From Octopus vulgaris (taxonomy: Eukaryota), in contig OX597815.1 of NCBI GenBank assembly GCA_951406725.2, positions 202,678,001 through 202,742,000 on the forward strand: 64,000 nucleotides of DNA. Reading direction: 5' to 3'. The notes beneath the pieces were generated by a model. The model was not told where the DNA came from. It was given only the letters and a program-made list of their open reading frames with translations, and searched no databases. Shown in pieces: positions 27,707-41,256 of the stretch (position 1 is its first letter; every line of letters starts with the position of its first letter). The position numbers were made by a program, and so were the translations under genes.

Positions 27707-28140
27707 TATGCACACGCAATATGCAGCTGGAACATTTTAAAAGAATATTTTCCTTTGTTCATTTGCCCGACTTCAACGCGTGTGTATATTTTTGATAAAG
27801 GTATCTGACTTTAGCGTCCCATTCCAGCACGTTGCTTTACTAAGAGTAACAGCCCTTAATGTAATAATGTATTTTTCTTAAATATACGTATTATTGATTT
27901 TTTTACCTTAATTGGTTTTACACGTTGACTACTTGATAAAATCTTATATAGATTTTATCCAGATATATAACTGATAAATATTAAACTTGAATAGATTCAG
28001 TGCTGAATTATTTATGAATAATAGAAGTCAAAGTATGAGTATATGTATACTTTTATTAATATTTAGCGGAACAGAGTGACTCAAGGTCTTAGAGTTTCGT
28101 GTGTTGGAAATATATACATACATACATACATACACATATA

Positions 28141-28211
<71 letters not shown>

Positions 28212-28310
28212 TTGTGTATGTATATATATATATGTGTGTGTGTGTATGAATATATATATAATACATGTGAACACATACGCACACTTAAACGAGTGAGCAC
28301 TCACGCACAT

Positions 28311-28341
<31 letters not shown>

Positions 28342-28774
28342 CATACATACATATGTTAAAGATCTACATAAACAAACTCATACATATACTTATATATCAA
28401 TGTACATCGCGCGAATATGCCTAACTTGGAAAATGGCTGTGCTGTTGAAGTAACAAATGAGACACAAATGAATATTATTTCTTATGGCTAGATTTTTGCG
28501 TAAATAAGTATTTACACACATATATTTGCGCATTCATAGGTTTATAAGAGTATAGGCACATATATGTACGTGTATGCTATGTATACATACATACATACAT
28601 ACATACATACATACATACATACATGCATACATACATACATACATACATACATACATACATACATACACACACACATATATATATATTACACATATAGATA
28701 TTATAAACCTATATATATATATTATTTTGTAAACTTTCTCATTTTCAATCTTAGTCTGTCACGGCTTATATGCG

Positions 28775-28812
<38 letters not shown>

Positions 28813-28961
28813 GTCGAAAGAGAGAATGAATGAATGAAAGAAAATAGAAAAGGAAAGAGGAATAGAAAGACTCATAAATTTATTCACAAACTCACACATA
28901 CACAGATATTGACTCAGACTCAGGGAAACAAGCATTTTCACACAAGAACACATACGTAAAT

Positions 28962-28999
<38 letters not shown>

Positions 29000-29031
29000 G
29001 CATACACACACATAAGTATACATATATATAC

Positions 29032-29092
<61 letters not shown>

Positions 29093-29996
29093 TGCATATG
29101 CATAGACACTCACATATATAAAGCCTGAATGGTTGTGTGTGTATGTATATATATTGAGAGAGGAAAAAAGAGACGAAATCTCTATATAATTAAATTAACC
29201 TCCTTAATCTCTACATATCCGCTTTCGTGTCAAATTTCAAGCTGCAACTTAACTCGGGCCATTAATAGTGTTTTTGAATTACTCACAGAATATTTAAATA
29301 CTCTATCTCTCATACATTTTCAATATTTCAATCGCTGTCATTAGAAAGTTTTGATTTATTTTGCCAGCTAATAGTTTCCTTCTATCTCACAGAACTCAAT
29401 AACATGTTAGTTGCTTTATTGCTTTTCTTTTACACTGACAGGGAAAGTGAAAGATACTGCTGTGAGTGTGTGCGGGTGAGAAATTGTAGACAGCGTGCCA
29501 AATGATGCAAATAAATTTAGTCTACTCATTGTAAGTTATTACCGAGCAATTTCCAGCGAACGGCCATTTTGACAATTTGTAGCTTAGCTTAAACTAATTC
29601 ACACACAACTGGCTCTTAAGTAAAATTAGAAACATACAGGCACACACATACGCATACGCATCAAAACACAGCTACATATACGAGAGCGCATATGCACATA
29701 AAATACACGCATATTTCTGTTGTATGTTTGTGGCTGTCTGTATGCATATACATTTCTTTGTGTTTATGCATATAAACCTACATAAACACTTAGATACAGG
29801 TTCATACACACAAACATACGCATACAAACATAGACTCACGCACACACAGAATCTCTGTCTTTCACTCACACACACACACACACACACACTTACATCAAAG
29901 CAACATAAGTTACTGGTTAAATATAATTTTATTTAGACCTGTATATTTCAAAATATTATTTGGTTTTACAAGTAAACATATTTGGTAGCGTATAGT

Positions 29997-30272
29997 TTAT
30001 ATGAACTCAAGAACTGAGGTATACTGTAGCGTATGTAGTTCCTTAATTCTCTGGTTCCTGATTTGGACCAACGACGTATTATCTTGGAGGGATTCTTTCA
30101 ACATTGCTTTGTGCTGACCCAAGAATTGTAAGTGAGGTTGGGTACCCAGTGACTTTGTAAGACCATATGAGATTCGTCTATTATACAGAATCCAATGAAT
30201 GCATACGACACATACGAGTATTACGCTAGCTGCACAGACAATAACTTTGTACATGCAACAATAACAGAGAGA
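29997..30272 (-). CDS. Candidate exon/ORF encoding a signal-anchor-like hydrophobic segment
   Basis: Acceptor TTGTTGCAG| at 30273, then SLCYCCMYKVIVCAASVILVCVVCIHWILYNRR... No good donor and no homology recognised. Confidence 0.2.
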   Translation of the reverse strand, partial: SLCYCCMYKVIVCAASVILVCVVCIHWILYNRRISYGLTKSLGTQPHLQFLGQHKAMLKESLQDNTSLVQIRNQRIKELHTLQYTSVLEFI

Positions 30273-30838
30273 CTGCAACAATGTAATATATACATATTAT
30301 AAAATATTTGGAGAAGAAAAATAATTTCTGCGCACAGAATATTGCTCAACAAGAAATTCCCCAGTATGTTATGCGAAACTCGTTCGAAGTGGAACTCCGT
30401 CGATCAACAGTAAGGACTCTGTTGTTCGAGCAAATGAATTACCAGGCCCTGAGTTAAAGTGTAATTTTAGCGTAAATGTCAAACGGAATCAGCATGACAC
30501 TGAGTCTGACAAGAATTACCTCCTAAACTACAAGCACATTTCACCTAACGGTCTTCATCGTTTATGTCTATCCTGTTTTATGCCTATTTTATTCACGTTG
30601 TGAATTTCTTCTAATCTTAACACAGCATTTTCTGTATGAAAACCCATATATTTCCGTTAAAATTTCCATATGATATGACGAGACAAGATCATGTCCTCCA
30701 AGAGTTCGAACACATATCAAAGACAGATTTAACACACATACTTATCTTAATATGTATCTCGGTTGTTGATTTGCTGATGTTCGACAGTATGCATAACGAT
30801 ATAACGATATATATGTATAACGATATATACATACATAT

Positions 30839-30889
<51 letters not shown>

Positions 30890-31055
30890 CAAAATGGGAC
30901 GAGAACGCAAAACATCTGGACAGCTAGGTTTCAACAAAGGACAACAGGAAAACAAAAGAACCAGATAGACGATACAAACAAAACAAGGACGGGTCATTCG
31001 AAGTTTTCTTTCGTCAGTCAAGCACCAGATTATCCTCGCAATTTCGGCTGATTAC
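30890..31055 (-). mobile_element. Interspersed repeat abutting (TA)n, related to 8991-9105
   Basis: Shared blocks as given for 8991-9105. Confidence 0.55.
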
Positions 31056-31093
31056 ATATAATATAATGATAGATTTTAGCCACTAGACACATT

Positions 31094-31264
31094 TTTTCCT
31101 CTCCTTGTTTCTCTCCTTCTTTCTTTTTGTATTTATTTCTGTGAAAGAGCGTAGGCTCGAAACATTAAAGACTTTTTCAATTCCCGAGCGTTATACTAAT
31201 ACATCTGTTTGTTTTCTACACCATCTATCTTCGTCTTTTGTTTTTTGTTTTTGTGAATTCTCCC

Positions 31265-31265
<1 letters not shown>
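31094..31265 (+). mobile_element. Penelope-like terminal repeat fragment, same family as 4295-4478
   Basis: CTCTCCTTGTTTCT..GAAAGAGCGTAGGCTCGAAACATTAAAGAC..CTAATACATCTGTTTGTT..GTGAATTCT then (TA)n. Confidence 0.6.
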
Positions 31266-31331
<66 letters not shown>

Positions 31332-33174
31332 CTGTGTGTATGCATATACATTTATATATACATGTAATACATACACGTATATATATGTTAAAACATGCAT
31401 ATATATACATACATATGTATGTGTGTGTGTTCGTGCGCGTGTGGGTTCATGCATATGTGTGCGCGTGTGTGTACGTGTGTACGTGCGTGTGTGCGTGTGT
31501 GTGTGCGTGTGTGCGCGCGCGTGTGCGTGTGTTTGTAATTGTGATGTGTATAATGCAATTTTAGTTGCGTATTGCCTGAGAGTAATATGGTCTGCATTGT
31601 CAGAAGTGTCCTGGGGATAAGCAATTTCAACAACAACGACGACAATAAGTGAAAGTAGCCTGATTGAAAATGCCATTAATTTAATTGTAACTCTGAAAAT
31701 TCTGTCGACATATCTGTTCGCGACTTATGTCTGCGGCAATATAATATAAGTCAGTTAATTATTGTATAAGTAAGTCTGTTAATTATTGTGTATTAGCTGA
31801 ACATATGCCTCAAACTGTACAGAAATAATAAAACAGTACTTTTGGTATTTGTTTTCTTTTTTTGTTCATATTCTGATTATTTTTTTTTTTTAGTAACACA
31901 AATAAAAAAATTTTGACAAAGTAATGGAAATATATGGATATGTTAATTATATTTTTTTTTCGTTTTCGTTATATATTTTTCGTTATTACTATTTATTATT
32001 TATTTTTTTTTAAGATGTAAATATATATATTCTAATAAGTACCAAGACAATAAAAAAATATTGAAAAAATATCTTTAAAATAATTGCTTTCCATTTCTAC
32101 AACATAAATCAGATTATAGCCAAATATATTTATTCCCTTGAAATAAATCGGTATTGTCATAACGTAGAGACTTACTTTTTCATTGATTTAATTCATTTTT
32201 TCATGTGTGTATATATGTGTGGTGCGAATGTGTGTGTGTGTGTGTGTGTGTGTCATGAGTTTGCGTCCGTGTGCGCTTGCACGCGCTTCCATATATTATC
32301 AGACTTGGTTTAATATGACTGAAAAACTTTTAAGAAGACAATTTTATTTTCCGCTTAACATGATCAATTATAGATGTGTGCGTGTATCTGAGAGATCTCC
32401 ATAAATAATTGAATGATACACACACATGTGTATCTGTATGCGTAGATATATGCATATGTATATATGTATGTATGTATGCATGTATGTATGTATGTATGTA
32501 TGTATGTATGTATGTATGTATGTATGCATATAATTGTAATAAGTATCTCATAAGTAAAGAGGCATTTTAATATTTATTCCATAAGGAAAACTGATTTCAT
32601 TTGCGAACATCTCATATGATCTCATATGTGTATGGGTGTTTTTGTCTATGTGTGTGTATATATATATATAAAATGCATTACATTTTTAAATCATAAGAAA
32701 CTGCTACAATTCGTTATGTATTTCGCTTGAGAGCTAATTCAGATTGCAGTTTGAAAGGTTTGCAGGGACGAATGATGGTGTCTAACTACTACTAAAATGG
32801 ATTGTAGGTGCATTGGGTAGACGATAGAAAAATGATGGAGAATGCTAGAATAATGAACGCCTACAGGCTAAAACACAGTTTTAAAGCAGGAGAGGTGTTG
32901 TAAGATGTTATTAAGAATAGGTGTTTCTATGTAAGTGTCCCGGATATACGGATATACTGTATATTGGATAGTTCGAGCCCGTCAGCAAAAGGAATATGGC
33001 ATAACTGAAGAGGTGGTATCTTACTTCATATTTTTTGTGATTTTAGGATTTATATGAAGATTATTAAAGGAAATTATGAATTTATTCAATCTGCAAAAGT
33101 TTAAAGCGATTATTCTGATTCTCAATGAAGGCATCCCCCTCAATTTAAGCTAAAAATTAATTTTCTTTCGTGAA

Positions 33175-33603
33175 GGCGCAGGAGTGGCTGTGTGGTAAGT
33201 AGCTTGCTTACCAACCACACGGTTCCGGGTTCAGTCCCACTGCGTGGCATCTTGGACAAGTGTCTTCTGCTATAGCCTCGGGCCGACCAATGCCTTGTGA
33301 GTGGATTTGGTAGACGGAAACTGAAAGAAGCCTGTCGTATATATGTATATATGTATATATATATGTATGTGTGTGTATATGTTTGTGTGTCTGTGTTTGT
33401 CCCCCCACCATCGCTTGACAATCGATGCTGGTGTGTTTACGTCCCCGTCACTTAGCAGTTCGGCAAAAAGAGACCGATAGAATAAGTACTGGGCTTACAA
33501 AGAATAAGTCCCGGGGTCGATTTGCTCGACTAAAGGTGGTGCTCCAGCATGGCCGCAGTCAAATGACTAAAACAAGTAAAAGAGTAAAAGAGTAAAAGAA
33601 TAA
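33175..33603 (+). mobile_element. tRNA-derived SINE family A, full length
   Basis: Same head and tail as 26206, with a (GTAAAAGA)3 tail and a possible GTGAA TSD. Confidence 0.95.
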
Positions 33604-34016
33604 GTGAAATTTATGAAGAAATAATCATCACTAAATACAAATATGTTTTATTTGCTGTATCAGTTGTGAACTAATGCATTTAGTTACGTAAATAGAGTTA
33701 TTTTTCACTTATGATTAACATATATCTGTGTGTCAAATAGTTGGGAAATATAACTTTAAAAAATAATGCTTCCGCTGTATTATACAAGTGAACAATTGAC
33801 CCAGATGCTTGAACGAGACTTCCAACATTGGCTTGAATCAATGTTACGTATGCATGAAAATGTCCGTGACATTGTTACATGACAAAACAATGGGAAGTAT
33901 TCTTTCTGCAGGATTAAATCCTAAAAATGCCGAAACTTCTGTAATGATGCGAGTATAGCATAGTGATGAACTTCAGCGCATCTAGCCGAACAAAAAGTAG
34001 CACCCATGAGTAGCTA

Positions 34017-34690
34017 CCTTGGGAAGAGAACATCGGCAATGCAGAGGAACGAAAGGAGAAGAGGTACGAAAAGTTAATCGCAGAATGCAGAGAATAGGGA
34101 TGGAAAGTCGAATATAATCACCTGGCAGTGGGGGGTAGAGGCTTCATTAAAAGGAAAATTACAACGCTTTTCAAAAGAAGCTGTGAAAACTAATAAGGAG
34201 AGTACGAGAGGCGGTCGAAAAAGCCAGCTTCCATATATGGCTGGAGCGGGAAGACCGAAAATGGCTTGAAAGTCATAACATGCCGGCGGGAAATAACATC
34301 ATTAGGTGAGACAAGCTGACATGAATCAGCTTAGCTGACTGACAGGTGACGGTCGTTTAGAGAATGCGCGAGCTAAAACTACGCGCCTTCACTAGTCAGT
34401 TAAGGTGAGACAGTGTCACGTGACAACTTGCTGGGGCTGCCTGCTGGAGCCTAGCGGCAGGTATTTAAGGGAAAATGTTTGACAAGTCAGTCAGTCACCG
34501 GCTGACACTCGCTGACGATACATCGAAGAGGCTAAGGAACAGAAGAAAGAAGAAGAAAGGAGACATGCACCCAACACCAGAGCTGAAGACACCTCCGAAA
34601 GGGGGGGCGTCACGTCAAAACGGTAGAGGAGTAGGGGCCGAAACCGGACGTGGTTCCTCCTGATGATGTCTTAAGCTAATTGGATCCTAT
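34017..34690 (+). mobile_element. 5'-truncated HERO-like RLE-type non-LTR retrotransposon (endonuclease C-terminus + structured 3' UTR)
   Basis: PWEENIGNAEERKEKRYEKLIAECRE*GWKVEYNHLAVGGRGFI ... REAVEKASFHIWLEREDRKW, not present in the ORF track because of stops and frameshifts. Confidence 0.8.
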
Positions 34691-35195
34691 AAAGGAGCTG
34701 TTGTGGTAGCAGACCACGAAACACGGTTGTAATTCCTTATGGCATAAATATAATTCCATTCATTTATATTTTCGAGTCAACTGATTTCTATGTCTAAACT
34801 AACAACCAATAATATATATTTGAATTGAACTCTGCCAAAACGAAACATATCTGAATTAAATAGTATAGAGTAGTAATTGTTCCTTAAGATTCGATGTTGA
34901 AACAGCAATGAGGCTAAATGTATAGGGTGTTGGAATACTATAATTTTAAATAGATACAAAATAGATTAACCAGGTTTATATATATTAAGTATAAAATCAT
35001 TCTTCAATTTTCGCAAAAAGAATAATAAACTTTTAGAAAAGCTTTAACTTCAAAGCTTAAATGAAAGCGTCTAATGGAAATGTTTTATTAATTTACACAA
35101 CCAGTCAAGACAAAAATGATTTTAAATTACCTCACCTATACGAGGAAGTGTTAAAAGGTTCTTGGCTCTTGGCTTTAAGGGTTTCGCATACTTGC

Positions 35196-35540
<345 letters not shown>

Positions 35541-36128
35541 TAAATATATATATACACTCTCTCTAAGGGCGCTATATACATATTTTTTGTATGTAAAGAA
35601 TAGATACACGAAAACGTTAGATTTAGGAAATACGCGCAAGAAAGTGAGATAACAGGGACTAAAATACCGCTGGCAGTCAATGAAACTACACAATAATTGA
35701 AGGAGCAGGGTTTATTAATCAGGGAACCGGGATGATATGTAACCTTCCAAACGCATGTATAATATTACTTGCCAAAAAGTTATCTGGCAACAAATTGTTC
35801 GAATGGTGGCAGATGCTATGACGTTATAGTAAATGTCTATCTCTTTTTCGTGGAATTCATACTTTAAAAAAGTTTTTCGCTTCTAATAGAACTTGCATTT
35901 AAGTAAAACTTGTTATTTTAATATCTACTTAATCTACTTAATCAATAAACACAAAAACGCTTTCATCTTGCAAATTTTTATGAGAATACTGGTGACTCCT
36001 CAGTCAGAAAGTTCATTCACTGATAATACAATTTTCAGTGTGTGTGTCTTTTTTTAATTTTTACTTATATCTTTCATATATATGTATTTATGTGTGCATG
36101 CGTGTGTGTGTGTGACTTACATATATAC

Positions 36129-36174
<46 letters not shown>

Positions 36175-36697
36175 GTATATATATACATATATATATAGAT
36201 ATTTATTCACTTATATGCGTATCTATATCTGTTCGTATATATGCGAACATCAGAGTGTACGTATACAGAGAGAGCGATAGGGAGACATTATTGGAGATGC
36301 ATGTTTGCGTATGTGTGCGTGTATTATATGTATATATATATATACACACACACATAAATATATATGCATATATGCACATATTTATAAACATCTGTTTGTA
36401 TGCATATATATATATAATATATAATATATATATATATATATATATACATATTTAATATTGATACGTATATATTTATGTGTATGTATGTGTATATTCATGC
36501 AGCATATACCTAAGTACGTGTTTTTATAAAATACATTAACTGCCGCTTTCTTTTAGCAGATACGTCATACACCTATGCTCAAACAACAACTAATGAAAAG
36601 CTTTTCAAACATAGTAAATTTTGAAGTTCTACACATTTGCATTTCCTATTGAAATGCTTCATAGATTTCATGAAGTCTGCTAAAGTACCGTGATATT

Positions 36698-36802
36698 CTT
36701 TCTACCGGTGAGAAGGCAACTTTCTACACGTAATAATGCAGCTTCCTACACGTGATGAGGCAGCCTCCGACACGCGAGAAGGCAGCTTTCTATCCGTGAG
36801 TA
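36698..36802 (+). repeat. ~21-bp minisatellite, about 5 degenerate copies
   Basis: Consensus approximately TTTCTACACGTGAGAAGGCAGC. Confidence 0.8.
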
Positions 36803-37199
36803 GCTAACCTCCGCTAGTAATCAATTCTCTGTTGAATTCCCTTCCAAGTACAGATAGTTACAATTATTCTAGCGTAAGTTTACGACACCTGAGTGAGGTA
36901 ATTTTGGAATCTCTCAGAGGTCTTCACAATTCAAGTGCTGAAATTCAGTAAGTTTCTTCAAATTTTTTGGCGAACATTTCAGCCATTTGTAAGCTTACTG
37001 CATATTCATATCTTTTGATCGTCTTAATGGTACCACCCGTTGCTGCAGAAAACGCATCTGGTTATATACACATATACATGCGTATATACTCTGTGTGTGT
37101 TTAATATGCATATAAATATATATGTAGATAGATATACGCACACACACATACACGGAGACGTGTATATATAAATATATATATATCTTTTTTTTTTCAAAA

Positions 37200-37402
37200 T
37201 GTGACCTCGTGTGTACCGTTGGCGATTTTTTTCCACTGCCTTCCCTTCTCTGGATCTTTCCTTCTCCTATGTTTCCGACGAAGAGCTCCTCTCGAAACGT
37301 TAAACCCTCCTTCTTTCCTTCTTTCCTGAGCGTCCAATAATACTATATTTGTTCCACGTCCTCGCGTTGTTGTGTTTCTTTTGTGCTTTCTTGTTTGGAT
37401 TA

Positions 37403-37408
<6 letters not shown>
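37200..37408 (+). mobile_element. Penelope-like terminal repeat with minimal hammerhead-like motif (37271-37305)
   Basis: GTTT-CCGACGA-A-GAGC-TCC-TCTC-GAAAC-GTT-AAAC. The element ends on (TA)n. Confidence 0.6.
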
Positions 37409-37468
<60 letters not shown>

Positions 37469-37919
37469 TACATATATACATACATATAAACATACAAACA
37501 TACATACATACAGGCATACATACATACATACATAATACATACTCAAAATTAGAACACTAAGCAGCAATGATTATAACTCTGTATTGTCATTTAATACGTT
37601 AGTGTACACTCAAACTCAAAAAGGCCTTCTCTGCGGAAACTGTTTCGAGAGTGACATTCTCACTATAAACACTGTGTATGAAAATGCACTGTGCTGAGCT
37701 GTGAATAACGTCATCCCCGGGTAGCACACGTGTTTCTGCGTCATTACACCTCATCAGCTACTAACTGTCGCTCCTATATTTGAATAGCATACAATGAATT
37801 TTCAACTTTATGCAGACCATTTCTCAAGCAGAAATTAATTAAGCAGAGCTCCACTAGGGTGCGAAGACCTCCTTTATAGAAAAGCACGGCGTAATTCCAC
37901 ACGCATTGTCTACAAGAAG

Positions 37920-37993
<74 letters not shown>

Positions 37994-38669
37994 GACACCT
38001 TCCATAGCGAATATATTACTATGTTAGAGTGTACATCAACGAATTAAATTTAACTGTACACAGATTTCTTATATATATACAGAGAGTGAGAGAGAGAGAT
38101 TTATAATAGTATAAAATACAATAAAAACTAAGAGTACAAGGGTACCATGCCAATACGCTGAAAATAGACGCTAAATCGTCGACTTACTCTAAATCATCAT
38201 TTTTATAATAAACACATTTTGAAAACGAGGTAGTAGGTTGACAGGAATTCATAAAATAGTTCATGTAGCCTTGCATTGATCAATTTCTGGATTTGTCTAA
38301 TCACTCTTCTTGACCAAATTCACACTTTTTGAGGTAAACAACGAAATTGGATGCGTATACATCTGTAGTATTTGTATGTAACCGCAGCTTTGCGCTTGAT
38401 TTTCTGTGAGTATGTATAAATGTCTCATTTATCTCGCTCAGTATGCTTTGCTGATGAAGGTCTATTCTATTGGCTGGCCACTGATAAAATTTTGATCCAT
38501 TGTATCTTTTATTATTATTATTATTATTTATTATATATATATATATAATATATATAGTAGTAACAGAAAAGAGGAATTTCGATTATCCCCACATGGTGAG
38601 TTGTAATGTATATAAGAAATTAAAAAAGGAAAATACACACACTTGTATACTTTTAAAATAATTTTTAAT

Positions 38670-39900
38670 ATATAAACCGGTTTCGCTATCGCTATTCATA
38701 TTATGTTTTACTTATTTGAATATATATTTTTTCTGAAGAAGAAATTTGGTCCATGTTGTGTGTGATGAAATTCACGAGTGAATGACTTCACAAGTAGATA
38801 AATAAAGGGAAGTAATTGGTTGTCGTTATTATTGTTATTGTTGTGGGTAAGGAGATAACTGTTCAGCTTTCGGTAATGGGTGGGGATTATATATGTGTAC
38901 AGAAAGAGACAGGTTTCAAAAACCTTGTTTAGTAGGGGATTTATGTACAGTGATGTAATCATGAATTGAAATATGTAAAAAGATAAAAGTTGGTCATGCG
39001 TGCATGTTAAGACGTGTTTTGTATTTTTCAATGAAAATAGTTTCTTTATTTAAACGTTCTAGTTGAGAGATTGCGTCTTTGCACTGGTAGAAAGGGAATA
39101 CTGTGATATTTGGTTTGATGTTACCTGCACATTATTCTATATGTTCACTGAGAGGAATTTGTCTGTATTGCGGGAATCGGATTTGCTCCTTGTGTAGAGT
39201 GGTTCTCGTTCTCAAGGTCATACTCGTTTGTCCAATATAGTGATGTCCGCAACCCGAGCAGGTTACTACATAAATTAGGTTCTCAGAGGCACAGGTGAAA
39301 CTAGTTTTAATTGTGAACCTCTGTCCTTGTTTGAAAAGGAAATCCGAGCCTTCAAGCAGATTGGGGCAGGTTCCACAATTTGGGCGTCCACATTTTTCAA
39401 CCGTTGGTTTCGTGGTTGTTTTGTAAAGCTTCGCAGTTGTTAGTAGTCTCTTTAGCGATTTGTCTTGTTTTTTGCATTTGATGAGTTTGTGTGTTTTCAG
39501 GATATCGTTCATTTTTGGATCTCTTGTTAGTAAAGAAAGAGTTTGCACTATAGTGTTGAATGCCTCACTGTTTCTGTGATTGTGTGTTGATATAAATAGC
39601 AATGTTTTTGTTTGAGGTGTGGTGCTATGTATTTTGTTCTTAGTGTTTTTGTGTCTAATTGTTTGGCACGTTTAATTCCCTCGTCGATAAGAGAGGGTGG
39701 ATATTGTCTTTCAATAAATGTTGTTTTGAGGTCTTGAAGACAAAGGTCCCGTTTTGTTCTATCAGCCACTATTGTGCAGATCCTTTTTGCTAAGTTGAAA
39801 GGATGTTTATTTTTATATGTTTCGGGTGGCATGAGTTAAAAAGAAAATATTGTTTTGAATCAGTTCGTTCATAATAAATGTCAGTTATGATTTCATTGTT
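38670..39900 (-). mobile_element. Penelope-like element remnant: RT thumb, Cys-rich linker, GIY-YIG endonuclease and 3' tail
   Basis: PFNLAKRICTIV..RQYPPSLIDEGIKRA; KCGRPNCGTCP..FTCASENLIYVVTCSGCGHHYIGQT..R..H (GIY-YIG). Confidence 0.92.
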
Positions 39901-39975
39901 AATCAATTTTATTGATTATTTCTAAATGTATAGTTTAATTATTACATCTTCCTTGATACTGGGAATTTATTTTAT

Positions 39976-40098
39976 GTTATTTAGACCTGAAGAGTGGCTA
40001 TGTATCATTGGTTCGAATTAACATTTATTTTTGATATTATCGATTTTGATATTGTCGATTCGTATATATCGTCACGAAACGCGCGTCGTCGATTTAAT
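39976..40098 (+). ncRNA. Type I hammerhead ribozyme motif (PLE-type, long stem II)
   Basis: GAC-CTGAAGA(39987-93)-GTGGC..GTCAC-GAAAC(40076-80)-GCGC-GTC|GTC. Stem I is only 3 bp plus a distal imperfect pairing. Confidence 0.8.
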
Positions 40099-40442
40099 GT
40101 GTATTATTTAGTATGATAAATTTTTAGTACAATATTAATAATATATTTAAATTTATATTTTATTATAGATAATATATTTCATTATTGATTGAATTGCTTT
40201 GATTTATGTTCTGTCTCTTAATTCTATATATATATATATATAATACATCGGGAAATATGATTTAGTATTACTAAATTGAGTTTGTTTTCGCTTGTTGCCT
40301 GTCGATTTAATGTATATTATTTAGTATAGTAATTTTAGTACAATATAAATAATATATTTCAATTTATATTTTTTATTATAGATAATATCTTTCATTATGG
40401 ATTGAATTACTTTGCTGGAGTTTCTGTCTCTTAATTCTATAT
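40088..40442 (+). repeat. Two diverged ~140-bp direct repeats (40088-40228 and 40301-40442)
   Basis: Both read GTCGATTTAATGT..TTATTTAGTAT..TAGTACAATAT..ATAGATAATAT..GATTGAATT..TCTGTCTCTTAATTCTATATA. Confidence 0.9.
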
Positions 40443-40465
40443 ACATACACACGCACACACGCACA

Positions 40466-40541
<76 letters not shown>

Positions 40542-40764
40542 TCAATATAGGGTGGCAAGGAAAATTTTGTAGAAATTTATTGCCACCAGCGGCCCAGTGG
40601 GAAAAAAATTAAATAGTCATAGACCATTTTTAAGTTCAACATTAACAATTAAGGAACGGCCATAATAGGCCATTCACCCACTAGAAATAACAGCCAAAGC
40701 TTCTACCGCAAATAAAGATCAATTCCGTTAACAGGAGAAAATTAAAAAAAACATTTACCCTGTA

Positions 40765-40871
40765 ATTTCTTGTACGGTATACCGTTTCATTCGCTGTTTA
40801 ATGGTAAACTAACCTGATTAAATTAAATCAAGCCAATCTTCCATAAGCCCTCGAATTCTTCAGCAAGAAAT
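40765..40871 (-). ncRNA. Type I hammerhead ribozyme, array copy 1
   Basis: Minus strand: ATTTCTTG-CTGAAGA-ATTCG..CGAAT-GAAA-CGG-TATA-CCG-TA|CAAGAAAT. Stem I is 8 bp and the GUA cleavage falls between 40773 and 40772. Confidence 0.92.
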
Positions 40872-41256
40872 AGCTCAAGTCGGAACAGATATTTACACGA
40901 GGCATCTCGAACCTTGCCAAGGCAATATCTGACCTAAAATTTTCAAATCGTCGCACTCGCGCCAAATTTATCGGCAGCAAATAAATATCAGCCGTCGATT
41001 CCATTACGGAATTAACCAAAAAATTCATAATTAATCAATATAGGGTGGCAAGGAAAATTTTGTAGAAATTTATTGCCACCAGCGGCCCAGTGGGAAAAAA
41101 TTAAATAGTCATAGACCATTTTTAAGTTCAACATTAACAATTAAGGAACGGCCATAATAGGCCATTCACCCACTAGAAATAACAGCCAAAGCTTCTACCG
41201 CAAATAAAGATCAATTCCGTTAACAGGAGAAAATTAAAAAAAACATTTACCCTGTA

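Noticed and set aside
35139-35180. Isolated mariner-TIR-like sequence TACGAGGAAGTGTTAAAAGGTTC
   Set aside because: No partner TIR or transposase nearby; at most a tiny remnant.
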